NCBI GenBank assembly: GCA_964626565.1
Contig: CAZVFX010000011.1
Coordinates: 15,922 to 79,921 of the forward strand
Source: an uncultured Myxococcales bacterium
Lineage (GTDB): Bacteria; Myxococcota_A; UBA9042; CAIXZC01
DNA: 64,000 nt
Reading direction: 5' to 3'
This document shows positions 26,742-34,520 of the stretch, piece after piece (the first letter of the stretch is position 1; each line of letters opens with the position of its first letter). The translations under genes were made by a program, and so were the position numbers. The notes under the pieces are model-generated. The model saw nothing but the letters and a program-made list of their open reading frames with translations. It did not search any database and was not told where the DNA came from.

Positions 26742-28073
26742 GTGCCAACCAACAAGAAGGCTGAACTGCTGGCAAGAATGAAGAAAGACGAGGTAAAATT
26801 CCTTCGGCTCCAGTTCACCGACATAATGGGTGTCAACAAGAACATCGAGTTGCCCAAGTCGGAATTTGCAAAGGCGCTGGACGGACAGATGCTGTTCGAC
26901 GGTTCTTCAGTGCAGGGGTTCGTGCGCATCGAGGAATCGGATATGCTGCTGCAGCCCGACCTGGACACCTACACGGTGTATCCGTGGGAGACTCCCGGGG
27001 GGACGATTGCGCGGCTCATCTGCGACATTCATCGTCCCGACGGCTCCCCTTTCGAAGGTTGTCCCCGCCTGGCCTTGAAGCGGATGTGCGCCAAGGCTGC
27101 TAAGATGGGTTACACCATGAGCGCCGGACCCGAGCCGGAGTTCTTCCTGTTTGAGCGCGGCGATCGGGAAGAGCCCACGGTAGTTACCCACGACCGTGGG
27201 GGCTACTTCGACCTGACACCCATCGATCGAGGCGAGGAAGCGCGGCGGGAGATGTGCGATGCACTCGAGGCCCTCGGGTTTGCGGTGGAGGCCGCCCACC
27301 ACGAGGTGTCGCCGGCGCAGCACGAAATCGATTTCAAGCATCGGCCCGCGCTGGAGACTGCAGATAATGTCGCCACCTTCCGTTTCGTGGTGCGCAAAGT
27401 CGCACTTGATTTCGGCCTTCATGCGACATTCATGCCCAAGCCGATCTTCGGTATCAACGGCAGCGGCATGCACATACATCAGTCACTATACAAAGACGGG
27501 ACTAATGCGTTCTACGACCCCGACGACCCCAACGGGCTGTCTCCCGTGGCCCGCGGCTACATTGCCGGGCTTCTACGGCACAGCCGGGCCTACTGTGCCG
27601 TGACCAATCCGCTCGTAAACAGTTACAAGCGATTGGTGCCGGGCTACGAGGCGCCCACGCACATCGCCTGGTCGGAGCAGAACCGCAGCCCGCTGGCCCG
27701 GGTGCCGGCGCGGCGTGGCGACGGCACCAGGATTGAATTGCGCATGCCCGACCCGTCATGCAATCCCTACCTGGCGCTGACGGTGAGCCTGGCCGCCGGA
27801 CTCGACGGCATGGAGCAGGGTTGGGACTGCGGCCCTCCGGTCAACAAGAACATCTTCGAAATGAGCCAGCGGGAACGCCGGCGCTTGAAGATCGACTCCC
27901 TCCCCGGCAACCTGGGTGAGGCAATCGAAATGATGGCCAAGAGCAAGTTCGTACGGGAAGTGCTCGGTGACCACATTTTCAGCAACTTTGTCGACGCCAA
28001 GCGGGCAGAGTGGCACGACTACATCGCGCGGGTCCATAGCTGGGAATTGGACCGCTACCTGGCAACCTACTAA
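26742..28073 (+). CDS. glnA: Glutamine synthetase type I
   Basis: FDGSSVQGF, GSGMHIHQSLY, SYKRLVPGYEAPT and NRSPLARVP motifs. The start is set at GTG 26742 (RBS GGAGGA), 22 codons downstream of the track start. Confidence 0.85.
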   Translation: MPTNKKAELLARMKKDEVKFLRLQFTDIMGVNKNIELPKSEFAKALDGQMLFDGSSVQGFVRIEESDMLLQPDLDTYTVYPWETPGGTIARLICDIHRPDGSPFEGCPRLALKRMCAKAAKMGYTMSAGPEPEFFLFERGDREEPTVVTHDRGGYFDLTPIDRGEEARREMCDALEALGFAVEAAHHEVSPAQHEIDFKHRPALETADNVATFRFVVRKVALDFGLHATFMPKPIFGINGSGMHIHQSLYKDGTNAFYDPDDPNGLSPVARGYIAGLLRHSRAYCAVTNPLVNSYKRLVPGYEAPTHIAWSEQNRSPLARVPARRGDGTRIELRMPDPSCNPYLALTVSLAAGLDGMEQGWDCGPPVNKNIFEMSQRERRRLKIDSLPGNLGEAIEMMAKSKFVREVLGDHIFSNFVDAKRAEWHDYIARVHSWELDRYLATY

Positions 28074-28100
28074 GCAGCCCGCAATCGCCGGGCAAAAGGA

Positions 28101-29159
28101 GTGAAGATGTCCAGAGAAACAAAGAAAACCCGGGTGACCTTGGGAATTCAGCGCATCGAGCCCGTGAACCTGGATGACCCGTTAGTGCTGTCCGCGCTAG
28201 AGCAGGCCCGCAAAGCGCTGGCCAACCCGAAACTGGCCCGGGTTCTCGAAATCCGAACGGCCATCCAGAACTACTTGTGCAACACGCTGGCCGGCGAAGG
28301 GTTCGTTCATCCGCCTATCTACATGTTGGCCGGTTGCACAGACCCGTTGAATCACTGGACCTACCCCGCCCGTATCAACTACTACGGCGAGGAGGTGTCG
28401 GTTACGCAATCGTTGATCCTTCAAAAGATACTTATGGTGATGCTTTCCCCAGCGGACAAGGTGTTCTGGGCCTCCCCGAACATCCGCATGGAAATGCGCA
28501 TCAGCCGCAAGGAGTATAAATACACATCCGAGTTCATGCAGGTGGATTTTGAAAAGCGCAACGGCACCTATGAAGAGATGTTGAAATACATCTCGGACCT
28601 GGTGAGGGGCCTCTACGCTCACCTGAACGAACACCATTCCGAAGCACTCGCCGCGGTGAGAACCGAACCCCTTCCGGCGCTGGACAAAGACCTGCCCATA
28701 CATGACGCCGCAGCGGTAAAGAGCGACAATAATCTCGAAGATGACGACGCAGTGGAGCGCCACCTGTCAGGCCTCAGCGGTGGCAAACCGTTCCTGGTCG
28801 TGAACCTGAAGAGAGAAGCGTACGACTGCTGGGACTCTCAGGCCGGCCGGTTCCTCAACTACGATGTAGTCGTGCCGCCCTATGGCTCCAACCCGCATCC
28901 TATCGAGTGCCTCTCAGGTGCAGAGCGCACCCGCTCGCTCAAGGACCTTGAGCAACGCATGGCGGACCTGCGCTACCCCATGGAGTACTTCGCCCCGTTT
29001 TTCGAGCTGTTCGAGAGCATGGACGATGGGGCCGGAAAAATCCAGTGCGCCGGCGGCGGCTTTGGCATCGAACGCCTCACCTACGCCCTCCTGGGCCTCA
29101 AAGACCTCCACGAAGTTTATCCCTTCCCACGTATGGCAGAATCGAAAATCGCCATCTAG
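28101..29159 (+). CDS. AsnA-like / class-II aminoacyl-tRNA-synthetase-core protein (putative aspartate-ammonia ligase)
   Basis: FMQVDFEKR (compare AsnA VDQWDWE) and a motif-3-like CAGGGFGIERL; 352 aa; RBS AAGGAG 27 nt after the glnA stop, so likely co-transcribed. Confidence 0.45.
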   Translation: MKMSRETKKTRVTLGIQRIEPVNLDDPLVLSALEQARKALANPKLARVLEIRTAIQNYLCNTLAGEGFVHPPIYMLAGCTDPLNHWTYPARINYYGEEVSVTQSLILQKILMVMLSPADKVFWASPNIRMEMRISRKEYKYTSEFMQVDFEKRNGTYEEMLKYISDLVRGLYAHLNEHHSEALAAVRTEPLPALDKDLPIHDAAAVKSDNNLEDDDAVERHLSGLSGGKPFLVVNLKREAYDCWDSQAGRFLNYDVVVPPYGSNPHPIECLSGAERTRSLKDLEQRMADLRYPMEYFAPFFELFESMDDGAGKIQCAGGGFGIERLTYALLGLKDLHEVYPFPRMAESKIAI

Positions 29160-29200
29160 CCGCCCTCTAACCCGCCTCGCAAAACAAATAACAAACCTAT

Positions 29201-29241
29201 CGGTCGATTTCTCTTGACAGCAATCGACCGCCCGGTAGAAT
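29201..29241 (+). promoter_or_regulatory. Sigma70-type promoter TTGACA-N16-TAGAAT embedded in the perfect palindrome CGGTCGATT-N12-AATCGACCG
   Basis: CGGTCGATT 29201-29209, TTGACA 29214-29219, AATCGACCG 29222-29230, TAGAAT 29236-29241; 30 nt upstream of the 29272 start. Confidence 0.55.
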
Positions 29242-29271
29242 GGTCTGTGGATAGAATGGTGGAGGGATGCT

Positions 29272-31431
29272 ATGCGAACCATGGGACCGTTGGTGTTGGT
29301 ACTCGTTGCCTCACTTCTCTGGGCATGCGCTTCGAGCATGGAGGAACAATTGGTCGCGCCGCCGGAGTCCCCCGCTTCCGGCTCCGAGCCGGAGGCAACT
29401 GGAGACAATCCGGCATCACCCGCGGACCCCGCCGAGGAATCTGATGAAGGCCCGGGATTCCAGGTGGAAGGTGGAGAGATCGTTTTGCCTCCGGATGAAG
29501 GTGGAGGATGGGCGGAAGGTGCGGATCTTCCTTCCATATCGTTCGACTCCCCCGGCGACGTAACCACCAACCCGGTAATCCTCTCTGTTCAGGGCGGAGG
29601 CCCGGTGTACAAGGTGAAGTACTTCTCGGACGGGTACCTGCTGGGCACCGCGTACAACCCGCAGGACGGTTTCCGGGTTGCGTACAACTTCAGCCAGGGC
29701 GGGGAGCGGGTTCTAAAGGCACAGGCGTACCTGGAGAACGGCAACCAGGTTGCAGCCGCGGTGCACACCACTTACGTCCTGACAGAGGGTGAGATGGCTT
29801 TTGTCTCACCCGGTGCGGACTCTTTCAACCCTGCCACCCTGATGGTGGCCTTCGACGGCCCCATCGAGCGCGTAGACTATTACGTTAACGGCTCTTTCGC
29901 CGGCGAGGGCGACACCGACTGGGACGGCTTCCCCCTGTCCTACTCCTTCCCCCACATCGGCCAGCATTTCCTCGAGGCCCGGGGGTTCGGCGCCCAGGAC
30001 GAGTTGGTCGCCAGCGCCACCGCCAAGACAGTATCCTGGGAGCAGCCCACCCTGACCTTCATCTCTCCGGCCAACATCAGCCTGAACCCGGTAGCCCTGG
30101 CGGTGAGCGTGAAAGGCCCCATCGCCAGGGTCCGCTATTACGGGGACGGTGCCTACCTGGGCCAGAGCGAGACGTCCGCCGGGGGATTTCCCGTGGCCAC
30201 ATCCGCGCTGACGCCCGGCGGCTACCGCAACCTCGAGGCTCGGGGCTACGATTCCAATGACAACGAGGTGGTTACGGCGACCAAGAAGTTCTACCTGGCC
30301 GGGGTCCCGAAGTTGAAATTCACCGCGCCGGGCTCGGCCTGCACCAACCCGGTGAAGATCTCCGTTGAATCGGCCTGGCCCATAGAGGAGGTCAACTATT
30401 ATGCGGAGGGCACGTTCCTGGGCACCAGTAAGCAGGCAACCAACGGGTTCAAGATCGAGTACACCTTTCAGAATACCGGCCAACGCCAGCTTGAGGCCCG
30501 GGGCTATTCGAAGTACGGCGACGTCCTCAACACGGCGACGCTGACGACTACGGTGAGTGAGCCTGCGCCCCAGGGTTGCCCCGCAGGGACAACCGCCGAT
30601 TGCAACGGCTACTGCGCCAACTCGGAATGGCTGGACGACAGCATCTGCGACAACGGGGTCAGCCACGAGGCGGACTATCACTGCCCACAGTTCGATTTCG
30701 ACGGCGGGGACTGCGATGGCCCAGCCTGTCCCGGGGGCAAGACCGCTGACTGCAACGGGTATTGCGCCAAATCGGAGTGGCTGGACGACGGCTACTGCGA
30801 CAACGGAGAGAACTACCAGGCGGACTACTACTGCGAACAGTTCTCGTTCGACGGCGGTGACTGCGACCCGACTGAGCCGGGTCCCGGCCCGAACCCGGGC
30901 GGTGTGCCCGACGTGCCCTACTTCTACCAGTACGCAAACAGCCTGTACCCGGGGTCGAGCTGCCAGAACACTGCGCTGGCCATGCTGCTGAATTACTACG
31001 GCTGGAACGGCACCCCCGACACCATCACTTCAGCCTGGGGGAAGAACCACGCCCAGACCCCTTCCGGCCTGGCCCAGATCTTCAATTCCTACGCCGAGTC
31101 AGCGGGCATTTCGGAACGTTTGAAGGCCCACACCGACGGCACCATCGGCGAGATGCAGGCGATGCTGGCCCAGGGCAAGCCGGTGATAGTCCACGGATAC
31201 TTCACCACCGCCGGCCACGTGATGGTCACCCTCGGCTATGACGGGTCACACTACACGGCTAACGACCCCGCGGGTAAGTGGAACCAGCAGTTCAAGGGAG
31301 GCTACCCCTACGGCTGGAACACCACAATCGGCGACCACATAAAATACGGCAAGAGCGCCTATGAGCTCGCGCTCGCATCTCTCAACGGCTCCAACTACGC
31401 GCCGCTGTGGTACCACGAGGTACTGGACTAG
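29272..31431 (+). CDS. Secreted lipoprotein: five Ig-like ~90-aa repeats + two LNR (Lin12/Notch-repeat)-like Cys modules + C-terminal peptidase C39-like (papain-fold) domain
   Basis: LLWACASS lipobox; repeats ending ...LEARGY; CNGYC...FDGGDCD twice; SCQNTALAMLLNYYG (Cys) and HGYFTTAGHVMVTLGYD (His). Confidence 0.6.
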   Translation: MRTMGPLVLVLVASLLWACASSMEEQLVAPPESPASGSEPEATGDNPASPADPAEESDEGPGFQVEGGEIVLPPDEGGGWAEGADLPSISFDSPGDVTTNPVILSVQGGGPVYKVKYFSDGYLLGTAYNPQDGFRVAYNFSQGGERVLKAQAYLENGNQVAAAVHTTYVLTEGEMAFVSPGADSFNPATLMVAFDGPIERVDYYVNGSFAGEGDTDWDGFPLSYSFPHIGQHFLEARGFGAQDELVASATAKTVSWEQPTLTFISPANISLNPVALAVSVKGPIARVRYYGDGAYLGQSETSAGGFPVATSALTPGGYRNLEARGYDSNDNEVVTATKKFYLAGVPKLKFTAPGSACTNPVKISVESAWPIEEVNYYAEGTFLGTSKQATNGFKIEYTFQNTGQRQLEARGYSKYGDVLNTATLTTTVSEPAPQGCPAGTTADCNGYCANSEWLDDSICDNGVSHEADYHCPQFDFDGGDCDGPACPGGKTADCNGYCAKSEWLDDGYCDNGENYQADYYCEQFSFDGGDCDPTEPGPGPNPGGVPDVPYFYQYANSLYPGSSCQNTALAMLLNYYGWNGTPDTITSAWGKNHAQTPSGLAQIFNSYAESAGISERLKAHTDGTIGEMQAMLAQGKPVIVHGYFTTAGHVMVTLGYDGSHYTANDPAGKWNQQFKGGYPYGWNTTIGDHIKYGKSAYELALASLNGSNYAPLWYHEVLD

Positions 31432-31456
31432 CCCCACTGGACATGGAAGGTACGAA

Positions 31457-33004
31457 ATGAGAGTTCAACGACTTGTGCTGTTCAATTGCTTCTGCTTCGT
31501 CCTGCTCTGCCTCGGTTGCGGCGAGGAGGGCTCCTCCGGCCCGGAACCGGGAGAAGTCGAGTTCCTCAACCCCGGCAAGGCGGATGAAGCCACCGGCAAC
31601 GATGCCGACACTTCCACCTCCCCCAGCACCGACGGCTTCACCCTCCCCTTCTTCGACGACAGCCACGACGAAAACAACGGGGACGGGGGGCCCGAAACCG
31701 CAGGGGACGGGGGGGCCGAAACGGCAGGGGACGGAGGGCCCGAAACGGCAGGGGACGGAGGGCCCGAAACGGCAGGGGACGGAGGGTCCGAAACGGCAGG
31801 GGACGGAGGGTCCGAAATCTCCGCGGAGAACCCCTACCCCGTCCCCGTTCTATCGGAAGAGCCTTCGCCCCAATGCGCCGCGGCGGCGGCCGATCCGTGG
31901 TACTTCCAGTACCTGGACAACCTGTGCAACGAAAAGGTGCAGCCTTCGGCGCAGGACCGGGACCGGGCGTGCCCGGTGGCGGACGAAAGTCCCTTCGCCA
32001 CCTTGCAGGACGGCAGCGTGGTCCAGTATTTTAACTCCAACACCACCCCCGCTGTTGACGGCGATGCCCTGGCGGGCTTGCTGCCCCAGGGCATGCGCAT
32101 GATCGTAATTCTCATCAAGCGCGTCGACGGAGTCCCCCACTACCGGTATATCAGCAACGGAACTCACGATATTCCGATGCAGCCGTGGAGCACCACCAAA
32201 TTCCTGGCCGCGGCCAACGCGGCGGCGTTCCTGCGGATCGAGAGCAACTACCAGGTGGGGCTCACCGCCAACGTGTCGGGCATCCCCCTGGGTGATCTTG
32301 TGACCAGCGTGCACAACTACGATAGCAGCCCATATGCTTCCAACTCCCTGGGCGCCTACTTCCACGATATCGGCGGGAGAGACCGGGCCAACGACATGAT
32401 TCACGAGGGGTGGCTGTACCGCCCGGCCAACGAGACCTTCGGCGGCAACTACGGTTCTGCTCCGCCGGCACTTGGATACACCTATTCGGAGCCGGGTGGA
32501 GCCACAGTCACGCTCCAGCCGGACCTGAGTTCCGGATACAGCAACCACCTTTCAATGTTCACCCTGGCCGAGGCGCTGAAACGCCTGGTGCTTCATATTG
32601 AGGAGCCTGAGCAACGCCTGCCGGGCATTCAGTGGAAGGACATCCGGGTGCTGCTGTTCGGCGCGGAGAACTCGGCGAAATACGGGGTCTGGGGCGGGAT
32701 GACTGCGGACACTGCCATCTATGTCCAGGCGGGGCACGATATCGACTACATCGAGCAGCGCAGTCACGGGCAGTGGACCATCTTCTCCAAGTTGGGCCTG
32801 GGCAGCCAGGGCCAGTTCATGAACGTCGGGTACGCGTGCTGGCCGGTGCTGGACGGAAACGACGACCCGGTCCCCGGCTGGGGAAGGGAGTTCGTCATTG
32901 CCGCGCACCTGGACCAAGGCGGCGCGAATTGGGATGAGCGGGATCGGCTGATGGCCCAGGCCTACCGCAAGGTGATCTTGAGGATAGTTGACGGCCGCCT
33001 GTAG
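31457..33004 (+). CDS. Hypothetical lipoprotein with a 6x GDGGPETA tandem repeat; possible SxxK/YxN serine-hydrolase-like fold
   Basis: FVLLCLGCG lipobox; start ATG 31457; PWSTTKF and GYSNH motifs (weak). Confidence 0.5.
   Translation: MRVQRLVLFNCFCFVLLCLGCGEEGSSGPEPGEVEFLNPGKADEATGNDADTSTSPSTDGFTLPFFDDSHDENNGDGGPETAGDGGAETAGDGGPETAGDGGPETAGDGGSETAGDGGSEISAENPYPVPVLSEEPSPQCAAAAADPWYFQYLDNLCNEKVQPSAQDRDRACPVADESPFATLQDGSVVQYFNSNTTPAVDGDALAGLLPQGMRMIVILIKRVDGVPHYRYISNGTHDIPMQPWSTTKFLAAANAAAFLRIESNYQVGLTANVSGIPLGDLVTSVHNYDSSPYASNSLGAYFHDIGGRDRANDMIHEGWLYRPANETFGGNYGSAPPALGYTYSEPGGATVTLQPDLSSGYSNHLSMFTLAEALKRLVLHIEEPEQRLPGIQWKDIRVLLFGAENSAKYGVWGGMTADTAIYVQAGHDIDYIEQRSHGQWTIFSKLGLGSQGQFMNVGYACWPVLDGNDDPVPGWGREFVIAAHLDQGGANWDERDRLMAQAYRKVILRIVDGRL
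31679..31822 (+). repeat. Six tandem copies of a 24-bp unit (GGGGACGGAGGGCCCGAAACGGCA-like), coding for (GDGG[PAS]ETA)x6
   Basis: Direct reading; copies are nearly identical and in frame within the 31457..33004 gene. Confidence 0.85.
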
Positions 33005-33054
33005 TTTTGGGCGGCAAACCTATACCGAACACAAATACAGAGAGGAGATGCATC

Positions 33055-33861
33055 ATGAGAACACGCATTGCGGCCGTGTGTATCAGCGCCTGCCTCGGAC
33101 TGTCCCTGCTTCCCGCGCTCGGATGCGAGGGCGCGGATGCGGGCAACGCTGACACCGAGGAACTTGGCTACCCGGACATGACTGAGGCGGCCCAGCCGGA
33201 CTCGACGTCCTCACCGGACGAAGCTTCCTCACCGGAGGCAGGAATCCCGGATGCGGACCCTCCCCTGGACATCATGGCCGAGATTGCGCCGCCGGCACCC
33301 GCTTCGGTGGCGCCGAAGCTGGCGCTCTTTCTGGAAGGGCGCTTCGATTCCACCGGGCAGGCTGCGGAGAACTTCGCCTATTTCGAGGTGCAACTGTGCG
33401 CGTGCCGGGTGCAGGCGCCGAAGTTGGGTGAGTACGTTTTGTATGTAGAGCAGGCTATGATGAGTGCCCTCGGCCAGCCCTACCGGCAGCGCATCTACGT
33501 GGTTGAGGCGCTGGAACCGGCGGAAGTGGCTGCAGTTTCCCGCGTCTTCTCGCTCAAGGACCCCGGCCAGTTCACTGGCTTGTGTGAAACGGGGTTGGAG
33601 AAGGCAGTGACCCCTTCCATGGTTGAGGAACGCAAAGGTTGTGAGGTGCTGGTGGAATGGCAAGACGGAGCCTTCCTCGGCGGCACAGCCGGTCAGAACT
33701 GCGCCAGCTCCCTCAACGGCGCCCAGTACGCCACCAGCCAGGTAGAGATCACCAAGAACCGGATTACATCATGGGATCAGGGCTTCAACGCCCAGGGCGT
33801 GCAGGTGTGGGGCGCAGAAGCCGGCCCGTACGTCTTCGATCGGAAGACCGCTATTCGGTAG
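33055..33861 (+). CDS. Hypothetical lipoprotein
   Basis: ATG 33055 with RBS GAGAGGAG; signal AAVCISACLGLSLLPALGCEG. Confidence 0.5.
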   Translation: MRTRIAAVCISACLGLSLLPALGCEGADAGNADTEELGYPDMTEAAQPDSTSSPDEASSPEAGIPDADPPLDIMAEIAPPAPASVAPKLALFLEGRFDSTGQAAENFAYFEVQLCACRVQAPKLGEYVLYVEQAMMSALGQPYRQRIYVVEALEPAEVAAVSRVFSLKDPGQFTGLCETGLEKAVTPSMVEERKGCEVLVEWQDGAFLGGTAGQNCASSLNGAQYATSQVEITKNRITSWDQGFNAQGVQVWGAEAGPYVFDRKTAIR

Positions 33862-34390
33862 GCCCGTCCACAGATCGCTCCGCCGTCGCGCTCGTCACCG
33901 TTCGCTACCCAGACCGGTGACCGAGGACCCGACATCATCTTCAGGCACAGTCCGTCTTCGAGGCGCGGGCACGAGCTCAGTCATTGGTCGGGGTAATGCA
34001 TGGTGCCGGATGCGGAGGTAGGAGCGGTATGCAGAGTCGACCCCAGGGTGTGCCTGTGGGTCGCCGCATTTATGCAGTGGGAAAGGCGCCATTGTGCCGC
34101 CCACCGTCCCTTTATCTTGGCTTCCCGAGCCAAGGTGCCTTCGAGTCGCTAGTTGCCTATGCGGAGCGTGGTGGCTTCGGGTCTGGGTGGCCGCGGACCA
34201 CCCCTACGTGTGATCCGGTGTGGTGTCTTCGAGACGGCGCGGTATCACATGGTGGTTTGTGCCTTCGGGTTTCCCGTTTCCGAGCACCATGTTCCGGTTA
34301 TCACGAAGCCGGAAGGAACGGACTCCATGGAACACCCGCGCGTGTCGAAGGCTATGGTTACCGACCCCTACCGGGCAACCGTCTTCACCA

Positions 34391-34492
34391 GCGAGCGGGG
34401 GTCCAAAAGTGAGAGGTAAAGGCTGGGGAGGAGGTAATCAGAGAAGATGGTTTCAGGCGAGTTCAGGCCGTCTCATTGAAGGACCCCCGCTC
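34391..34492. other. Perfect 12-bp inverted repeat GAGCGGGGGTCC ... GGACCCCCGCTC flanking about 78 nt, inside a 660-bp convergent non-coding gap (33862-34520). Candidate structured RNA or regulatory element.
   Basis: The two arms are exact reverse complements. The flanking genes converge, so no promoter is needed here, and the gap is unusually long for this gene-dense window. Confidence 0.3.
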
Positions 34493-34520
34493 CGGTAGAC
34501 TGTGTGGGCCGGGCCGCAGT

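Noticed and set aside
26700-26742. Sigma-54 (-24/-12) promoter upstream of glnA
   Set aside because: A GG...TTGCA arrangement exists (CGGAAGCCGACCACTTGCA) but the GG-to-GC spacing is 15 rather than 12. A sigma-70-like TTGACA-N16-TACACT at ~26674-26702 is more plausible.
31679-31822. CRISPR array or VNTR outside genes
   Set aside because: The only tandem array in the window is an in-frame protein-coding repeat with no spacers. No CRISPR-like repeat-spacer architecture anywhere.
33862-34520. RNase P RNA, tmRNA or SRP RNA in the long convergent gap
   Set aside because: Searched by eye for GGAAAGUCCGG, ACAGAAA, GGUUCGAUUCC and the SRP GGAAGCAG motifs and found none. Retained only as an unclassified structured element.
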